Assembly: GCA_964016885.1 (NCBI GenBank)
Contig: OZ024755.1
Location: forward strand, 4,402,001 to 4,466,000
DNA: 64,000 bases
From: Eledone cirrhosa
Taxonomy: Eukaryota
Reading direction: 5' to 3'
Shown: piece by piece, positions 25,574 to 40,166 of the stretch
Position numbering within the stretch: position 1 is the stretch's first letter
Layout of the letters: every line of letters begins with the position of its first letter
Notes under the pieces: model-generated
The model's database searches: none
What the model saw: the letters and a program-made list of their open reading frames with translations, nothing else
What the model was told of the DNA's origin: nothing
Position numbers and translations under genes: made by a program

Positions 25574-26887
25574 ATGAGAAGAATCAGTATGGAGACTGAA
25601 GATAAAAATAAAACTATAGAGGTGCCAAAAGAAATTGGAAAATCATCACATCACTGTGATATCTGTGATAAATCTTTCTCCCGAAAATGTTACCTTACTG
25701 TTCACAAACGTATTCATACCAGAGAGAAGCTATATCACTGTGATACCTGTGACAAATCATTTTCTCGGAAATGTTACCTTACTCTTCATAAACGTATTCA
25801 TACAGGTGAGAAACCATATCACTGTGATATCTGTGATAAATCATTCTCTCAGAAATGTTACCTTACTATTCACAAACGTATTCATACAGGAGAGAAGCCA
25901 TATCACTGTGATATCTGTGACAAATCATTTTCTCAGAAATGTTACATTACTATTCACAATCGTATACATACAGGAGAGAAGCCATATCATTGTGATATCT
26001 GTGATAAATCATTCTCTCAAAAATGTTACTTCACTACTCACAAACATATTCATACAGGGGAGAAACCATATGATTGTGATATCTGTGGTAAATCACTTTC
26101 TGGAAGAAGTAAGTTAAATGCTCACAAGCGCATTCATACAGGAGAGAAGCCATATCAGTGTGATATCTGTGGTAAATCATTCTCTCTTAAAACTACCTTA
26201 AAAACTCACACATACATTCATACAGGAGAGAAACCATATCACTGTGATATCTGTGATAAATCATTCTCTCAGTTTGGGACCTTAAGTACACACAAACGTA
26301 TTCATACAGTGACCAATCCATATAACTGTGATATCTGTGGTAAATCTTGCTCTCAGAAATGTTATCTAAGTAATCCTAAACGCATTCATCACTGTGATGT
26401 CTGTGGTAAATCATTCTATCAGTTTGGGACCTTAACTATACACAAACGCATTCATACAGGGGAGAAGCCATATCACTGTGATATCTGTGGTAAGTCATTC
26501 GCTGAAAATACTCGCTTAACTTGCCACTATCGTATTCATACTGGGGAAAAACCATATCAGTGTAATATCTGTGGTGTATCATTCACAAGACGAAATACCT
26601 TAATTACTCACACATACACACATACAGGAGAGAAGCCATATCATTGTGATATCTGTGGTAAATCATTCTCTGAAACAAGTCACTTAACTAAACACAAACG
26701 GATTCACACGGGAGAGAAACCATATCAGTGTCAAGTGTGCAGTAAATCATTCTCTGGTAGTAGCGATTTAACTTCCCATGTACGTATACATACAGGTGAG
26801 AAACCACATCATTGTGATGTCTGTGGTAAATCATTCACTCAAAAATATCTTTTAACTACACATGTATGCACTCATACAAAAGAGTGA
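25574..26887 (+). CDS. C2H2 zinc-finger protein, 15 fingers (finger 9 degenerate: His to Pro, following linker lost)
   Basis: 437-aa ORF; acceptor at 25287/25288. Confidence 0.95.
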   Translation: MRRISMETEDKNKTIEVPKEIGKSSHHCDICDKSFSRKCYLTVHKRIHTREKLYHCDTCDKSFSRKCYLTLHKRIHTGEKPYHCDICDKSFSQKCYLTIHKRIHTGEKPYHCDICDKSFSQKCYITIHNRIHTGEKPYHCDICDKSFSQKCYFTTHKHIHTGEKPYDCDICGKSLSGRSKLNAHKRIHTGEKPYQCDICGKSFSLKTTLKTHTYIHTGEKPYHCDICDKSFSQFGTLSTHKRIHTVTNPYNCDICGKSCSQKCYLSNPKRIHHCDVCGKSFYQFGTLTIHKRIHTGEKPYHCDICGKSFAENTRLTCHYRIHTGEKPYQCNICGVSFTRRNTLITHTYTHTGEKPYHCDICGKSFSETSHLTKHKRIHTGEKPYQCQVCSKSFSGSSDLTSHVRIHTGEKPHHCDVCGKSFTQKYLLTTHVCTHTKE

Positions 26888-28199
26888 CTGTGTTGATGTC
26901 AAAAATAATTCTTTAAGAAAAATATCTCTTATAACCATAAATGTATTGACACAAGAAAGAAGATACAAAACCATGATAACCACAACTATATTTACATTTG
27001 GGAAATATTTTTAATACCAACAGTATTTCCAAATACTCATATACATTTCATATAACATATTTCAAGAAGGGATCAAAGATGATGTTGATTTGACATTGTC
27101 TATCTTATCTCAGACCTTGATAATCTGTCGAATCCATGCCAACAGGGAAAGCAGACATAAAATGTTGATGCTGATGAAGATGTAGATAAATAACTGAGAA
27201 ATGTATTCTCACAAATCAGAAATTACATCACTGTGAAGTTATTATATCATATATAAAAACACATATCATCATCATTTAATATCTGTTTTTCCTATCAAAG
27301 GGTGGATTAATCATCACAGACTGAGTCAGTTCTCAAGCAGAGTTACTGACAATTTTGCTTGTGCCTCGAAACTTTGCCTGCATAACAGGAAATATTTTAT
27401 ATCATTATAGGGTATAGGTACAATATATTATATTCTAGGTCTTGTATACATTCTTTCATGTATCTTATGTATAGAAATTTTATTATGGGAATATTGCATC
27501 ATTGGAATAATTCTGTTGTTGGTAAAATTTATATAATCTTATATCTTATTTATATCACAATTCCTTCATGACTTGATTAAACTAAATGTTAATTTACAAT
27601 TGTCATTGTTACCTTAAACATAATATAACATAAAATGGATGATATTATTTATAAATCATCATCAATGTTTCTATGTCCATTTTTTATATTTGTAAAGGTT
27701 GATACAGAATATTACCATATTTTTCTCAATCTTTTGTCATCTCAACTGTGGAGCCCAGAATCCTGAGTTCTGGCCTCATCATTCTTTGTAAAATGTTCTT
27801 AACTTAAAATTGAAATAAAGTTGATTTACTCTGAAATTCTTCTTCTGTTATCTTTTATGTAGAACATCTCACCAAAACTTGTGTTAGGACAACCATAAAC
27901 TGTAGAATTTACATTCAACACCGTTCTCTCTCTCGCACTCTTCTCAGTGATCACAACTATATTAGAATTGATGTAGATCTTTATACCAGTGTGTAACTGT
28001 ATTGTCACCAAATTTAGGTGGCACTCAACTATTCCAGGATTCTCCTCAATACATTCACTTTATCAAAAGCTTCCATTAACCCAACAAAAAAAACTTAATA
28101 AATAAAGAATCCTTGCTCTAAGAACTTTTCCTTTAATGTCTGATATCAAAGAACATATCTTTGGCTCTGGCACCAGATCTAAATTCCCATGGTGACTCT

Positions 28200-28370
28200 G
28201 GGACACCGATGGAATATATGTATATCTGCAGAGTGCTCAAAGCTGATGGAATCTATGAAGACTTCGGATGAGGTGATAAAAGCTGACCTTGCACAATTGC
28301 ATCTCTCAAAGGTAATAACTCAGGACCGTAATCTCTGGCACTATGCAGTAATACAGAAGACCTACCTTCC
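28200..28370 (+). mobile_element. RTE-type LINE extreme 3' fragment
   Basis: KTSDEVIKADLAQLHLSKVITQDRNLWHYAV resembles the ORF2 end motif (KTW....DL......A.DR..W). Confidence 0.55.
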
Positions 28371-30601
28371 CGTATGCAGGAGCTGAGGCATACATCTAGT
28401 ATGCACCACCTTTCCTTCCACACACCTCCCACGCTGTAATTACTCCACTCCTATATCTACCTCCCTGATTCTCCATGCATCTCTCCCACCCAACTCCCCA
28501 ATCCACACCATAAAGTGGTCATTCTGGAGTCATGACAAAAAGCACCCAGTCCCCATTGTAAAGTGGTCGTGTAGGTATCACAATAAAAAGCACACAGTAC
28601 ATACTGTAAATGTGGTTGGCGTTAGGAAGAACATCCAAACAGAAACCAAGCCAAAATTTGTTGTGTGAGCAAAACAGGGTCTTCCGACATGGATGTCTTA
28701 CAACGGGACAGCACGTCTTACAACCGGACAGCACGTCTTACCCATGCTAGCGTGGAAAATGGACGTTAAACAATGATGATGATGATATATGTGTCCGTGT
28801 GTTATACTTTGACTCACTGGATGGATGGTAAATTTAATATCACCTGGCCTGGGTGAGCTGTTACGTCGACCAAGATTAGCGCACCACCATAGCAGAAAGT
28901 TTAGGGAAATATTACTGATATAGAATTACACAAAGAATAAAATGCGAGGGAAAACATTATTCGTTAAAGATATACATATTGAGTTATTGTTTCTTTGAAT
29001 GGCAAAATACATTCGTAGCTTGTGTATTAAGTATTACAAAATATCCCCAAACCAGTAACTTTGAAAAGTATATTTAATCTGCGTTCGTGCACTACAGTGC
29101 CAAATAATGTTTGTTATTTGCAAGTATCATTCCCAAAAGCTTGGACTTTTGTCTGGTGAAAGAGTATTGATTAAAAAAGATATTATCAAATATACAGATT
29201 TTAGACGATAAAAGAAATTTAAAATCCTTCCCCAAACACCTCGGGTGTTATTAAATGTTTTGTTGAATCTAAAATTAGAGTTACTTCCCCTGGCAGTTTA
29301 TTGTTAACTCTTCTGAAATAATTCTGTTCATTTCCTGCGATTGTTTGATAAACATCTATATTATTGGCTCTAATTAAATAAAGATGATTAACTAATTAAC
29401 CGTGTAAAGAAATAGTTATAGCATTCTTTATTATGATGATCTGAAAATATAAACGTTTTACTGTAAAATCTAGAAGTTCTCTTGAAGCTGTTATTATCTA
29501 TGGTGACAAGTTCTGACTACTTAAACATATTGTGACATCTTCCTATTGGGTCTGTATTAATATGTAAGTATTATTATTAATATATATAAACAGCTATATT
29601 GTATATGTGTCATTTTACATATATCTCTTTGTTTTGATGTGTTCAGTGAGGTAAAGGAAAGAAACTGTAGAAAATAAAGAAGAACTTTTACGTTAGTAAG
29701 AATGATGTCTCAATAGTTTCATTGTTTCGTTTTCCTTTCGACACTCCATTCCTATTTTTATTGTTCCCCACATGTTAATATCAATAGAAAGATACTATTT
29801 CTCTACATTGTCTAGACATTATTTACGTTTATTTCTAACATATAAACTTAACAACCTTTGTCAAATATCAGTAATTCGAACCGAAAGCTTGTTCTAAAGT
29901 TTAAAGTCTGTCCGATCCAAGTGTTTATCCCGTTGTTCGTGGATTGAAGCGACTGAGACCCCCCCCCCCCATGCGCCTGGACATGACGCCAGTCCATCAG
30001 AGGTTTAAGCCCACAGCTTTTGCTGGTACTCATTATTCAGCTGGGTATACTGGAGCAACCTGGAGTCAGGTGTTTCGCTCAAGAACACAATACTTTCCAG
30101 AAATCGAACCCACGACAGACATCGATATTATTTACACTTCCACATAGTTTGATAAATGTGTATCCGACAGTCATGAAAAAGGGATGGGAACATTGGATAA
30201 GTTGAAATGTTTAGTTAAAACTTTATATTTATAATTTATCAATATAGAAATATAGTAAAATTTCTCTATTCTTTTAGTATCCTTTATATCTTATACTGTT
30301 GCTTTATTATTTCAGAATATCAGAGGACATTGGCATAACAGCATCTGTTTCTTGTGATCTATCATCAATATTTATAAACTTTTGAAGACAAAGAGAAAAT
30401 TTTATACAGAAGAAATATAACTCTGTTTATATAAATCTCTGGTATAATTACTGTAAAATATAACCTCTGAACTAAGATCTCTCTACAATATTTCCCTTCT
30501 TCATTGTCCAGAAAGTGTACAAGATAATTTTCATTTCATAATTTTACCTTTTGTTGTTTAACACTTGAACGAAAATAAGAAAATTATCTGTATCGTGTTG
30601 C

Positions 30602-31849
30602 ATGAGAAGAATCAGTATGGAGACTGACGATAAAACTAAAACTATAGAGGTGCCAAAAGAAATTGGAAAATCATCAGGTCACTGTGATATCTGTGATAAA
30701 TCTTTCTCTCAGAAATGCTACCTTAGTATTCACAAACGTATTCATACAGGTGAGAAACCATACCACTGTGATATCTGTGATAAATCTTTCTCGCAGAAAT
30801 GCTACCTTAGTATTCACAAACGTATTCATACAGGTGAGAAACCATATCACTGTGATATCTGTGATAAATCTTTCTCTCAAAAATGTTACCTCGCTATTCA
30901 CAAACGTATTCATACAGGAGAGAAGCTATACAATTGTGATATCTGTGGTAAATCATTCTCAGCAAGTGGTAAGTTAACAACTCACAAATATATTCATACA
31001 GGGAAGAAACCATATGATTGTAATATCTGTGGTAAATCATTCTCTGCAAGAGGTAAGTTAACTTCTCACAAACGTATCCATACAGGAGAGAAGCCGTATC
31101 AGTGTGATATCTGTGATAAATCTTTCTCTCACAAAGGTACCCTAAAAACTCATCGATATATTCATATGGGAAAGAAACCATACCACTGTGATATCTGTGG
31201 GAAATCATTCTCTAAGAGTGGTGATATAACTATACATAAACGGATTCACACAGGAGAGAAACCATACCACTGTGATATTTGTGGTAAATATTTTTCTCAG
31301 AAATGTAACTTAAGTAATCATAAACGCATTCATACAGGAGAAAAACCATATCATTGTGATGTCTGTGGTAAATCATTCTCTCAGTGTGGGGTCTTAACGA
31401 CACACAAACGTATTCATACAGGGGAGAAACCATATCACTGTGATATCTGTGGGAAGTCCTTTTCTGAAAATGGTCACTTAACTAGCCACAATCGCATTCA
31501 TACAGGGGAAAAACCATATCAGTGTAATATCTGTGGTGTATCATTCAAAAGAGGAAATACCTTAATTACTCACACATACATTCATACAGGAGAGAAGCCA
31601 TATCATTGTGATATCTGCGGTAAATCGTTCTCTGAAAGGAGTCACTTAACTAAACACAAACGGATCCATACAGGAGAGAAACCATATCAGTGTCAAATCT
31701 GTGGTAAAGCATTCTCTGGTAGTAGCGATTTAACTACCCATGTACGTATACATACAGGAGAGAAACCATATCATTGTGTTATCTGTGGTAAATCTTTCTC
31801 TCAAAAATATCCTTTAACTACACATGTATGCATTCATACAAAAAAGTGA
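30602..31849 (+). CDS. C2H2 zinc-finger protein, 14 fingers
   Basis: 415-aa ORF; acceptor at 30315/30316. Confidence 0.95.
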   Translation: MRRISMETDDKTKTIEVPKEIGKSSGHCDICDKSFSQKCYLSIHKRIHTGEKPYHCDICDKSFSQKCYLSIHKRIHTGEKPYHCDICDKSFSQKCYLAIHKRIHTGEKLYNCDICGKSFSASGKLTTHKYIHTGKKPYDCNICGKSFSARGKLTSHKRIHTGEKPYQCDICDKSFSHKGTLKTHRYIHMGKKPYHCDICGKSFSKSGDITIHKRIHTGEKPYHCDICGKYFSQKCNLSNHKRIHTGEKPYHCDVCGKSFSQCGVLTTHKRIHTGEKPYHCDICGKSFSENGHLTSHNRIHTGEKPYQCNICGVSFKRGNTLITHTYIHTGEKPYHCDICGKSFSERSHLTKHKRIHTGEKPYQCQICGKAFSGSSDLTTHVRIHTGEKPYHCVICGKSFSQKYPLTTHVCIHTKK

Positions 31850-33176
31850 CTGCGTCAGTATCAAAAGTAATTCTGTGAAAAAATTAAACATAAATGTATT
31901 GACACAAGAAAGAACCTCCCAATATTATATCTTGAGTAACCACAACTGTATCTACATTTGTGAGATAACTTACTACTCTGATATTTTATTAAAAACTTTC
32001 TTTCAGAATATTCATATATAATCTTTTGTCATCTCAACTATGGAGCCCAGAATCCTGAGTTCTGGCCTCATCAGTCTTTGTAAATGTTCTTAACTTTTAA
32101 TTTGAATAAAGTTGATTTACTCTGAAATTCTTCTGTCATCTTATATGTAGAACATCTCACCAAAATTTGTCTTAGCACAACCATAAACAGTAGAATTCAC
32201 AGTATTTATCAATGTATAATAAATGTTACATTTCTCCATAATAATTTGTTGACCTTATTTGATACTAACAAGGTTATCATGCAGAGTGAATGAGAAATAA
32301 ACTATAAGATAACTTTGTATATTAAATGATAATAATTGTTTCTACTTTTGGCACAAGGCCAGCAATTACCTCAGTGCATTACTGGTACTTTATTTTATCG
32401 ATCCCGTAAGGATGAAAGGCAAAGTTAACTTCGGCAGGATTTGAACTCAGAATAGCAACTCTATGCGTCAAAGCATGGCGTCCGACCCTCTACCGATACT
32501 GCCAATCCACCGCCCCTTATTAAATGATAATAATGGTGGTTACTTGGTGAACATGTAGCTGGTTAGTTTGATGGTAGCTCAGTTATATTATCCACGTGAT
32601 CCATAATGTTGAACTCTTCTAGGAATCTCTAACTGTAGCTTTATTCTCCCTGTCAATTACTTTCACAAGTTGTTCAACCCTTCAGCATCTAAACCAGTCG
32701 TATCCAGCCAGAATTCTCTCACCCCTTTCTATTCAAACTGGCCACACATACTGATGTTAAGGTATTGTTCTCAAAATCTCGTAGATTCAATATTATGTAA
32801 AATAAAGCTTATATGTATATGTTGTTGATATTTACAGAAAATAATTGTTTTTCTATGCTTTTGCTTACATCTTATATTAAATTGTTTATTTTATTTAATA
32901 ATCTGTAAATATAATGAAATTTCTTGCAATATCCTTTAGAAAATTCAGTTTGGAATCTTAATTGAAAATGTACTTTTATAAACTTAAAGCAATATTAATG
33001 GAAGTAATCATATATGCAAGGGAAACGAGTTAAAAAGCTTTCAGATAAGAAGCCCTGAAGTTAACTATCACACCTTGATCCATTGGCTGGAATGAAAGTT
33101 GTTTTTGAGGATATATTTAACATACACTTTATCAGAAAAGTTATTTAAGTTCAGAGTGGCTTGGTGCATTGTTTAA

Positions 33177-33579
33177 CCCTTTAGCATTTACATTACTCTA
33201 TATTGTATTTTCATGGTAAAGGCTTTATCTCACATAACATTTACATTACTCTATATTTTCATGCTAAAGGCTTTATCTTACATAACATTTACATTACTCT
33301 ATATTTACTATTGTATTTTCATGCTAAAGGCTTTATCTCACATAACATTTACATTACTCTATATTTACTATTGTATTTTCATGCTAAAGGCTTTATCTCA
33401 CATACCATTTGCATTACTCTATATATACTATTATATTTTCATGCTAAAGGAGTTATCTCATAATATCGAATCTATGAGATTTTGATATTATTTATTTTGA
33501 GAACAATACTTTAATGTCTGTATGAGTGGCAGGTTATGGCTGGTTTGAACAGAAAGAGGTGAGTTTAAATGCTAAAGGG
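33177..33579. mobile_element. piggyBac-like MITE containing an internal 60-bp tandem amplification
   Basis: TTAA|CCCTTTAGCATTTA...TAAATGCTAAAGGG|TTAA; units at 33291, 33351 and 33411 plus shorter units upstream. Confidence 0.85.
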
Positions 33580-34924
33580 TTAAGGGGAGCAAAGCTGTGT
33601 GGAAAATACGTTTGTTGCTATATCTTTCTACAGCAGGACAAAATATATTTGTAAACCATTCTTCAAAAAGGTTCTTAGTTATCTCATCATCATTTTTACA
33701 TTTGCATGCGTTGGACAGGTCTTTCTCAACACAGCACTTCTCCACATGTTCCACACTTGCATGGGTTGGACAGGTCCTTCTTAGCACAACACACATCGTT
33801 CCATTCACCATGTTTCTTCGTCATCAGAAGATATATACATCAGCTAAACAACCCCAATGAAATATGTACACTCTGTCAGTATCACTGAAATGGAAGTACT
33901 GATTTGCATATTATTAGCCAAACATTACTCAGGATCATAAAGGAAAATTTCAAATTCAGTATTTTCAATTCCCTTTTTCTCTTTATCCATAACTGAAAAC
34001 TATCAACCATAAAGCTTAAATCCAGACCTTAATTTATCGGTGTTGCCGTGGAGTTGGTGATCCTTAAATCTATAATCAAATGGTAAAAATTACAGAACCA
34101 CTGAATCAAATAAATATCCTTTAATATTGAGGTAGGTGTGGTCAAGAAGGGTGATTTGAAACCATGTGGTTATAAATTATTTTGGGTGTCTTCAGCTTAG
34201 AGTGAATGACTGAAACTGTGTTTTTGAATGAAACGAAAACCGACATTGAATTGATAGTAATGTAAGTAAAATAGTTTAAAGTGTGTAGGTTCATGTCCAT
34301 GAAAATATTAGTTCTCATGCCAGTAATTAGATGTCAATTAAATATGCTTTTTTAAAATTATAAATAAATCTTTAAAGAAAGTTTTTCAAAGTAAATACAA
34401 TGTCTTTTAAATAAATTACAATTAAAACTATAAATAAATTCTATTTAAAGTAAATAATGTTTTATCAAATACATATCCCCTTTAAAACAATAAATGTCTT
34501 GTAAGAATGTTATGATATTTCCTTCAAGTATATAATTCAAAGTTTTTCAAGCTGTTGATGGTCTTATATATCATCATCATCATTTAATGTCTGCTTTCCC
34601 TGCTAGCATGGCTTGGACGGGTCAGTACTGTCTTTCAAGTGTTTAGGATTCTGTCATTTGGTGTTATGATCAACAGTGGGACAAATTTATTTCTAACATA
34701 ACTGTAAAGTAATATCTCATTAAAGCCTTCACAGAATTTCCATTTCTTTTCCTGCCAATATTTTACATTTCACCAGCCATGATTTTCTTCAGCCCCCCCC
34801 CCCCCCCCCCATGTGTGTAACAGTGATCCTGTATCTCATTGCCAGATGAGTGTATTTGGGGTGAAAGTTCTGCCTTCATTACTGCACTGTATATACCATG
34901 ACCTGAAGTTTGATATTGCTGCAC

Positions 34925-36040
34925 TCACTGTTCTGTATGAAGAGCTATATGTGTGTTTAAGTTACCTTTTCGAGAGAAAGATTTACCACAGATATCACAG
35001 TGATGTGGTTGCTCCCCTGTATGAATGTGTTTGTGTCTAGTTAAGGTATTTCTATGAGAGAATGATTCTCCACAGACATCACAGTGATATGGCTTTTCAA
35101 CTGTATGTATACGTTTATGTGTAGTTAGCTCATTATTCTGAGAGAATGATTGACCACAGGTGTCACAGTGATGTGCCAGTTCACCTGTATGAATACGTTT
35201 GTGTTTAGTTAAAGCATTTTCATGAGAGAATGATTTACCACAGATATCACATTTACATGGTTTCACACCTATGTGGTTACGTTCATGTATATGTAAGCTA
35301 CTTCTATGACAAAATGATTTACCACATGTATCACAGTGATATGGCTTCTCTCCTGTATGACTGCGTTTGTGTTTAGCTAAGTGACTAGTTACTGAGAATG
35401 ATTCACCACAGATATTACAGTGAAATGGTTTTTCTCCTGTATGAATCCGTTTGTGAGCAATTAAGGTACTTTTTGAAGAAAATGATTCACCACATGTATC
35501 ACAGTGATGTGGTTTCTCACCTGTATGAATACGCTTGTGTACAGTAACACTATTGCCATCAGAGAAAGACTTACCACAAATATCACAGTGATATGGTTTC
35601 TCTCCTGTATGAATACGTGTGTGTATAGTTAAGCTATTTTTATGAGAGAACGATTTCCCACAGACATCACAGTGATATGGTTTCTCTCCTGTATGAGTAC
35701 GTTTGTGAGTATTTAAGTGACCACTTATGGCAAATGATTTACCACAGATATCACAGAGATATGGCTTTTCTCCTGTGTGAATGCGTTTGTGTTTATATAA
35801 GCTTCCTGTATCAGAGAATGATTTACTACAGATATCACAATGATATGGCTTCTTTCCTGTATGACTGTATTTGTGAATAGTTACCTCATCATTTCGAGAG
35901 AATGCTTTACCACAAATATCACAGTGATATGGTTTCTCTCCTGTATGAATTCGTTTGTGAATGGTAAGGTTACTTTTTGTAGAGAATGACTTCTTACAGA
36001 CATCACAGTGGTGTGATGATTTTCCCGTCGCTTTTGACAT
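34925..36040 (-). CDS. C2H2 zinc-finger protein, 13 fingers
   Basis: 371-aa ORF; homologous exon-2 acceptor at 36157/36156. Confidence 0.95.
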   Translation of the reverse strand: MSKATGKSSHHCDVCKKSFSTKSNLTIHKRIHTGEKPYHCDICGKAFSRNDEVTIHKYSHTGKKPYHCDICSKSFSDTGSLYKHKRIHTGEKPYLCDICGKSFAISGHLNTHKRTHTGEKPYHCDVCGKSFSHKNSLTIHTRIHTGEKPYHCDICGKSFSDGNSVTVHKRIHTGEKPHHCDTCGESFSSKSTLIAHKRIHTGEKPFHCNICGESFSVTSHLAKHKRSHTGEKPYHCDTCGKSFCHRSSLHIHERNHIGVKPCKCDICGKSFSHENALTKHKRIHTGELAHHCDTCGQSFSQNNELTTHKRIHTVEKPYHCDVCGESFSHRNTLTRHKHIHTGEQPHHCDICGKSFSRKGNLNTHIALHTEQ

Positions 36041-37172
36041 CTCTTTATATATTTATATCTGTTCTGTATAAAATCTTCCTTTAGTCTTCAAAAGATGATA
36101 ATATATTGGTGATAGATCTCAAGTAAACATTTCTTTTTCCGATGTCATCTGATATTCTGAAATAATAAAGACACAGTATAAGACATAAAGGATAGTTAGT
36201 TAACAGGTAAAAATTCAACAGTAAAAATTTAATCCGTTATTTTCCTCGGAAGAAGAGATATTAATCTCGAAATATGAGGACATATGAATAAATTAAAGTA
36301 AAAAAACAAACCCTGTTTCTTACGGTTTAATTTTTCTCCAACCAAACCTGCATTGTTGTGGCTTTCCAACTTTGAATCGTTTAAGTAGATTTCTATATTG
36401 ATAAACTTAATTAACGAGGGTCAACTGAAAAGTTCACAAGCTGACCAAGATACTCTCTTGGAATAACTAAATGATGTGTGGAAAAGTATATAGCTATGTC
36501 CCACGTGTGTTGCGGTGTTTCATATTCTTTTACGCATAAATCCTTTATTGTACATATACAAATCAATCAGGTACTGTTTATTTTCATTTTATCATGTACA
36601 GAGTTGTGACTGGTAGATAGTATCAGCAATGGAAACATTGTTTCCTTGGTCCGATTTGATGAGTTCCACCAACTCAGTAAGCGAGGTCTGGGATCTTGTC
36701 GATTGATTACAAATACACATTTTATTGATCTACAGTGATTGGTTATAGACTAGCATCCGATACAGCCGACAATTAAATGATAAAAAATACTAACAAACAG
36801 CAGACACCCATCCAGGTTCAGCTGGCCTCCTGCGAGGTTGCATCTCATAGTATTTTTGCAGGGTGTTTAAAATCTAGGAGCCCCAGAGCAATTATAATGG
36901 GACAATAACATGAAGATAGTTTATAAATTTCTATTTTATTGTCGATTTAAAATCAAATTGCGGTTGTTGTTTACATCCATCACACCATTAATAATCAGCA
37001 GACATATCTACACTCTAACGATTTCAATATACACACACAAATTATTGAGAATACATGGCAATAGACAAAGGGAAAAAATACAAAACCGTACACCCAGAGA
37101 CTTATTTCAATTTGTACAATTTTTACGGTTGTAGAAGATTTCACCGTAATTATTTTGCACACATATAGTCCC

Positions 37173-37331
37173 CAGGGTCGTCTTAACGCACGGGCATGCT
37201 GGGCAGTTGCCTGGGGCCCCCACGAGAATAGGGGGCCCATTTGTATTTTTATTCCTGGGAGTGGTTGTGTAGGTAGGGGCCCCAGTACTCTGCTGTGCCC
37301 GGGGGCCTATAATGCTGTTAAGGCGACCCTG
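37173..37331. mobile_element. hAT-superfamily MITE
   Basis: TIRs CAGGGTCGTCTTAA / TTAAGGCGACCCTG with a perfect 8-bp TSD ATAGTCCC (37165-37172, 37332-37339). Confidence 0.9.
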
Positions 37332-37713
37332 ATAGTCCCCATACACAAATTACTTTTTAATTCTTAGGAATATTTCGTATTTTTAATAATTAATCTTTCT
37401 TTATTTTAAAACAAGTTAACAATAAGATTTAAATAAAGATTCAAAATAAATTATTCGTAATTTGATTTCATATATTTCCAGTTTTGATTCCCTTTCTTGT
37501 TATTATCGTCTATATGGAACACTAATTTATACAGTCGCTGTCACATCCAATTACGGTACCTTCAACGTAGACCATAACATATATATATTCTTAAATACAA
37601 ACACATACTACCAACGAACTAAACTAAATGGACATTAACAATAAAAATGAGTGAAATACAAGACATGAACACATTCAATTAACTACACAGTATAAGAGAG
37701 ACTGTTGGTGGCA

Positions 37714-37905
37714 TGAGGGACAATTGAAAAGTTCATAGACTGACCAAGATACTCTCATGGAATGACCAAATGAGGTTTATTTTTCAGGGTCCCTGGAAAT
37801 AAACAATGCTGTTATTTATAAGAGTTGAAATTAAAGCATGAGAGATTTCACAGCTCTAGCATCACTCCTTCACAGTCAGCTTATGAACGTTTCAGCTTAC
37901 CCTCG
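37714..37905. mobile_element. mariner-like MITE; related pieces at 36415-36475, 41955-42143, 48730-48880
   Basis: Degenerate TIRs (c/t)gaggg...tgaaaagttcata / tatgaac.tttcag...ccctcg followed by TA. Confidence 0.65.
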
Positions 37906-38589
37906 TACCAAGACAGTAACCACTACCATCAAGGATGTGAGGGACGAGAGAGTCGTTTATAATGGTACCCCCATGTGATGTGAAGGTAGTATCTTCCTTC
38001 TAGATCAATGGCAACAGATAAATCCATTTGACCATTTCCTATCGATCCTGGACAGTCCAAATGGTTCCAGAATTGAAAAGATATTGAATTCTGCAAGAGC
38101 TCGTTTTATTATTGTTTTGCAGCATATAGTTACATCCCTTTACGTTCTGAGTTCTAATCCTACAAAGGTTAGCTTCGCCTTTCATCCTAACGGTGGTCGA
38201 TAATTAAATAAAGTACCCTCCTCCAAAATCATTGGCCTCGTGCCTAAATCAGAAACCATTATTATTTTTTTAATACAGACTCGACTTACAAGAAAATATT
38301 TTTCAACTTACAGTTTTTAGATAAAAACTACCAAATAAATAATCTCGTTTGATAAGGTTTCCAAATGAGTTTATCAACCTTTTTTTCTCTCTCTCCATCA
38401 ATGTTTCTAGTTTTTTCACAATGACGCAGTAAAGCTGACTTTGTTTATCGCCGTAGTTTCGTAATATTTTATATATATTGTATTATTTTATTAAAAGCAA
38501 ATATCTCGAAAACTACTAAGTCTAGCTCAATGATGTCAAATTTTCTGGGACACCCTGTATATATATATATATATATTACATTATATATA

Positions 38590-39400
38590 TTTTCTAGATC
38601 AATAAAAGTTAAATATAGCAGTTTATTCTTGTATAGGAACTGTCCTTGTAGTTGTTTTACTAAAAAGAGGGCATATGTAGTACTTCTCCCAGACATAAAA
38701 CTGAACTGCATCTTCTCTAATTTGACTCTTTCCCTAATTAGCTATGCTATAACTCTATCCGTCACTTTCATACCCTTGTCCATTAGTTTTATTCCTCTGT
38801 AGTTGCTCCTTTCTGGAGCATAATGTTTCCCCATGTAACAATTTACGATTGTAGTGCAGCGCATGTCATTGGGTATGACTCTGTCATGTATTTTCACGTT
38901 GACTAGTTCAGCTCCTATTTCAGCATCTTGGATACTATCTCTGGCAGTCCCACATCTTTATTATTCTGCATCTCCGTGACTGCTTCTTTGACCCTATAAT
39001 CGTTGATTCAAATAGCTAGGTCAGCTGACAGTAATCTCTTTTCCTCCTATTCATCTGCCTGTCATAGTAACATTTCCAGGCCTTTTTCTTTTGAGCACCA
39101 GTGTCATTTCTAACACACTTTTCCTCAACATCTCAATTCACACTACCTTGCAATGACTCTGATCCTCATGTCACAAGACATTGTCAAACCTTATTTCAGC
39201 CTCTTTCTGTGCTGTGTACACCTGTCATATAGCTTCTCTCTCACGTACCTAGTATCGGTCTCTGCTTCCCCCATTTCTTTAGTCTTTCCACACCTGTCTC
39301 TTGGCCTTAATGGTTCCACCACCAGGTCATTCTCTGCCTAGCTGCTGTTTTGAAATATCAAAATATCCACCTACCTGGACAATTCTACCTAATATGACCA
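38590..39400 (-). mobile_element. Degenerate RTE-type reverse-transcriptase fragment; similar pieces at ~18450-18565(-), 20110-20330(+), 22900-22990(-)
   Basis: MQFSFMSGRSTTYALFLVKQLQ...LYLTFIDLE matches the QxGFxxGRSTxDxIFxLRQ...FxDLEKAFD region of RT. Confidence 0.75.
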
Positions 39401-40166
39401 CTGTCACCAAAACCAAGCTAGTTCTACGCGAGGTTTATCAAAATACAAGAGCCACTGTCTTTAGGTTTGTACAAGTTATGTATGGAGGAGACAATGTAAT
39501 TGTTATAAAGTGTTTGCAGAGGTGAATCAATTTTGAAAAAAGATAATTTGGATTCTCTACAAAATAACATGTAACAAATATTATCGCTAAATAATTTAAT
39601 TTTAAAATTTACAAGATTTTAATTTAATGGTTGTAGTCCATGTGGGGATGTTATGTGGTAAGTACTTGGATTTTCACCCACCTGAGTGTAGACCTGACAC
39701 ACCCTAACCTCACTGCCGTGACCTAGGGGGATGTCTCATGTAAAAGAAGAAAATTCATCACCAAAGGTGGCAGTAGATTTTTATTTTCTATGTTGTACTA
39801 CAATCAACTTGTTTTGGGAGTGCGACTGATTCTTGGTGATAGTCTTATTGCTTGAAGTTTTTATCGATCATCTGAAATTGATTTTACATTAGAGTGTATT
39901 GAATAATAAAAAAACAAAACAATATATATAATGAACAACAGCTTTCAGGAACGAATTAAGTTTGTGAACGGAGGTTCCAATGTATTTTACATAACTTTCT
40001 CAGTTATTTCTTTTTATTTCACAAATAAAGACTTCCCAAATATTTTAGTGAAAAGGTTTTTCTCTCAAAAGAGAACACGTTTGTAACATACAAAAATAAA
40101 TGTCCTACTATGTGTGTATGTTGAACAAGTTTAGATTTAAAATAGGATATCTAATGTTGCACATTA

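Noticed and set aside
21039-35880. Alternate-frame and antisense ORFs over the ZNF genes
   Set aside because: Shadows of the 84-bp finger periodicity.
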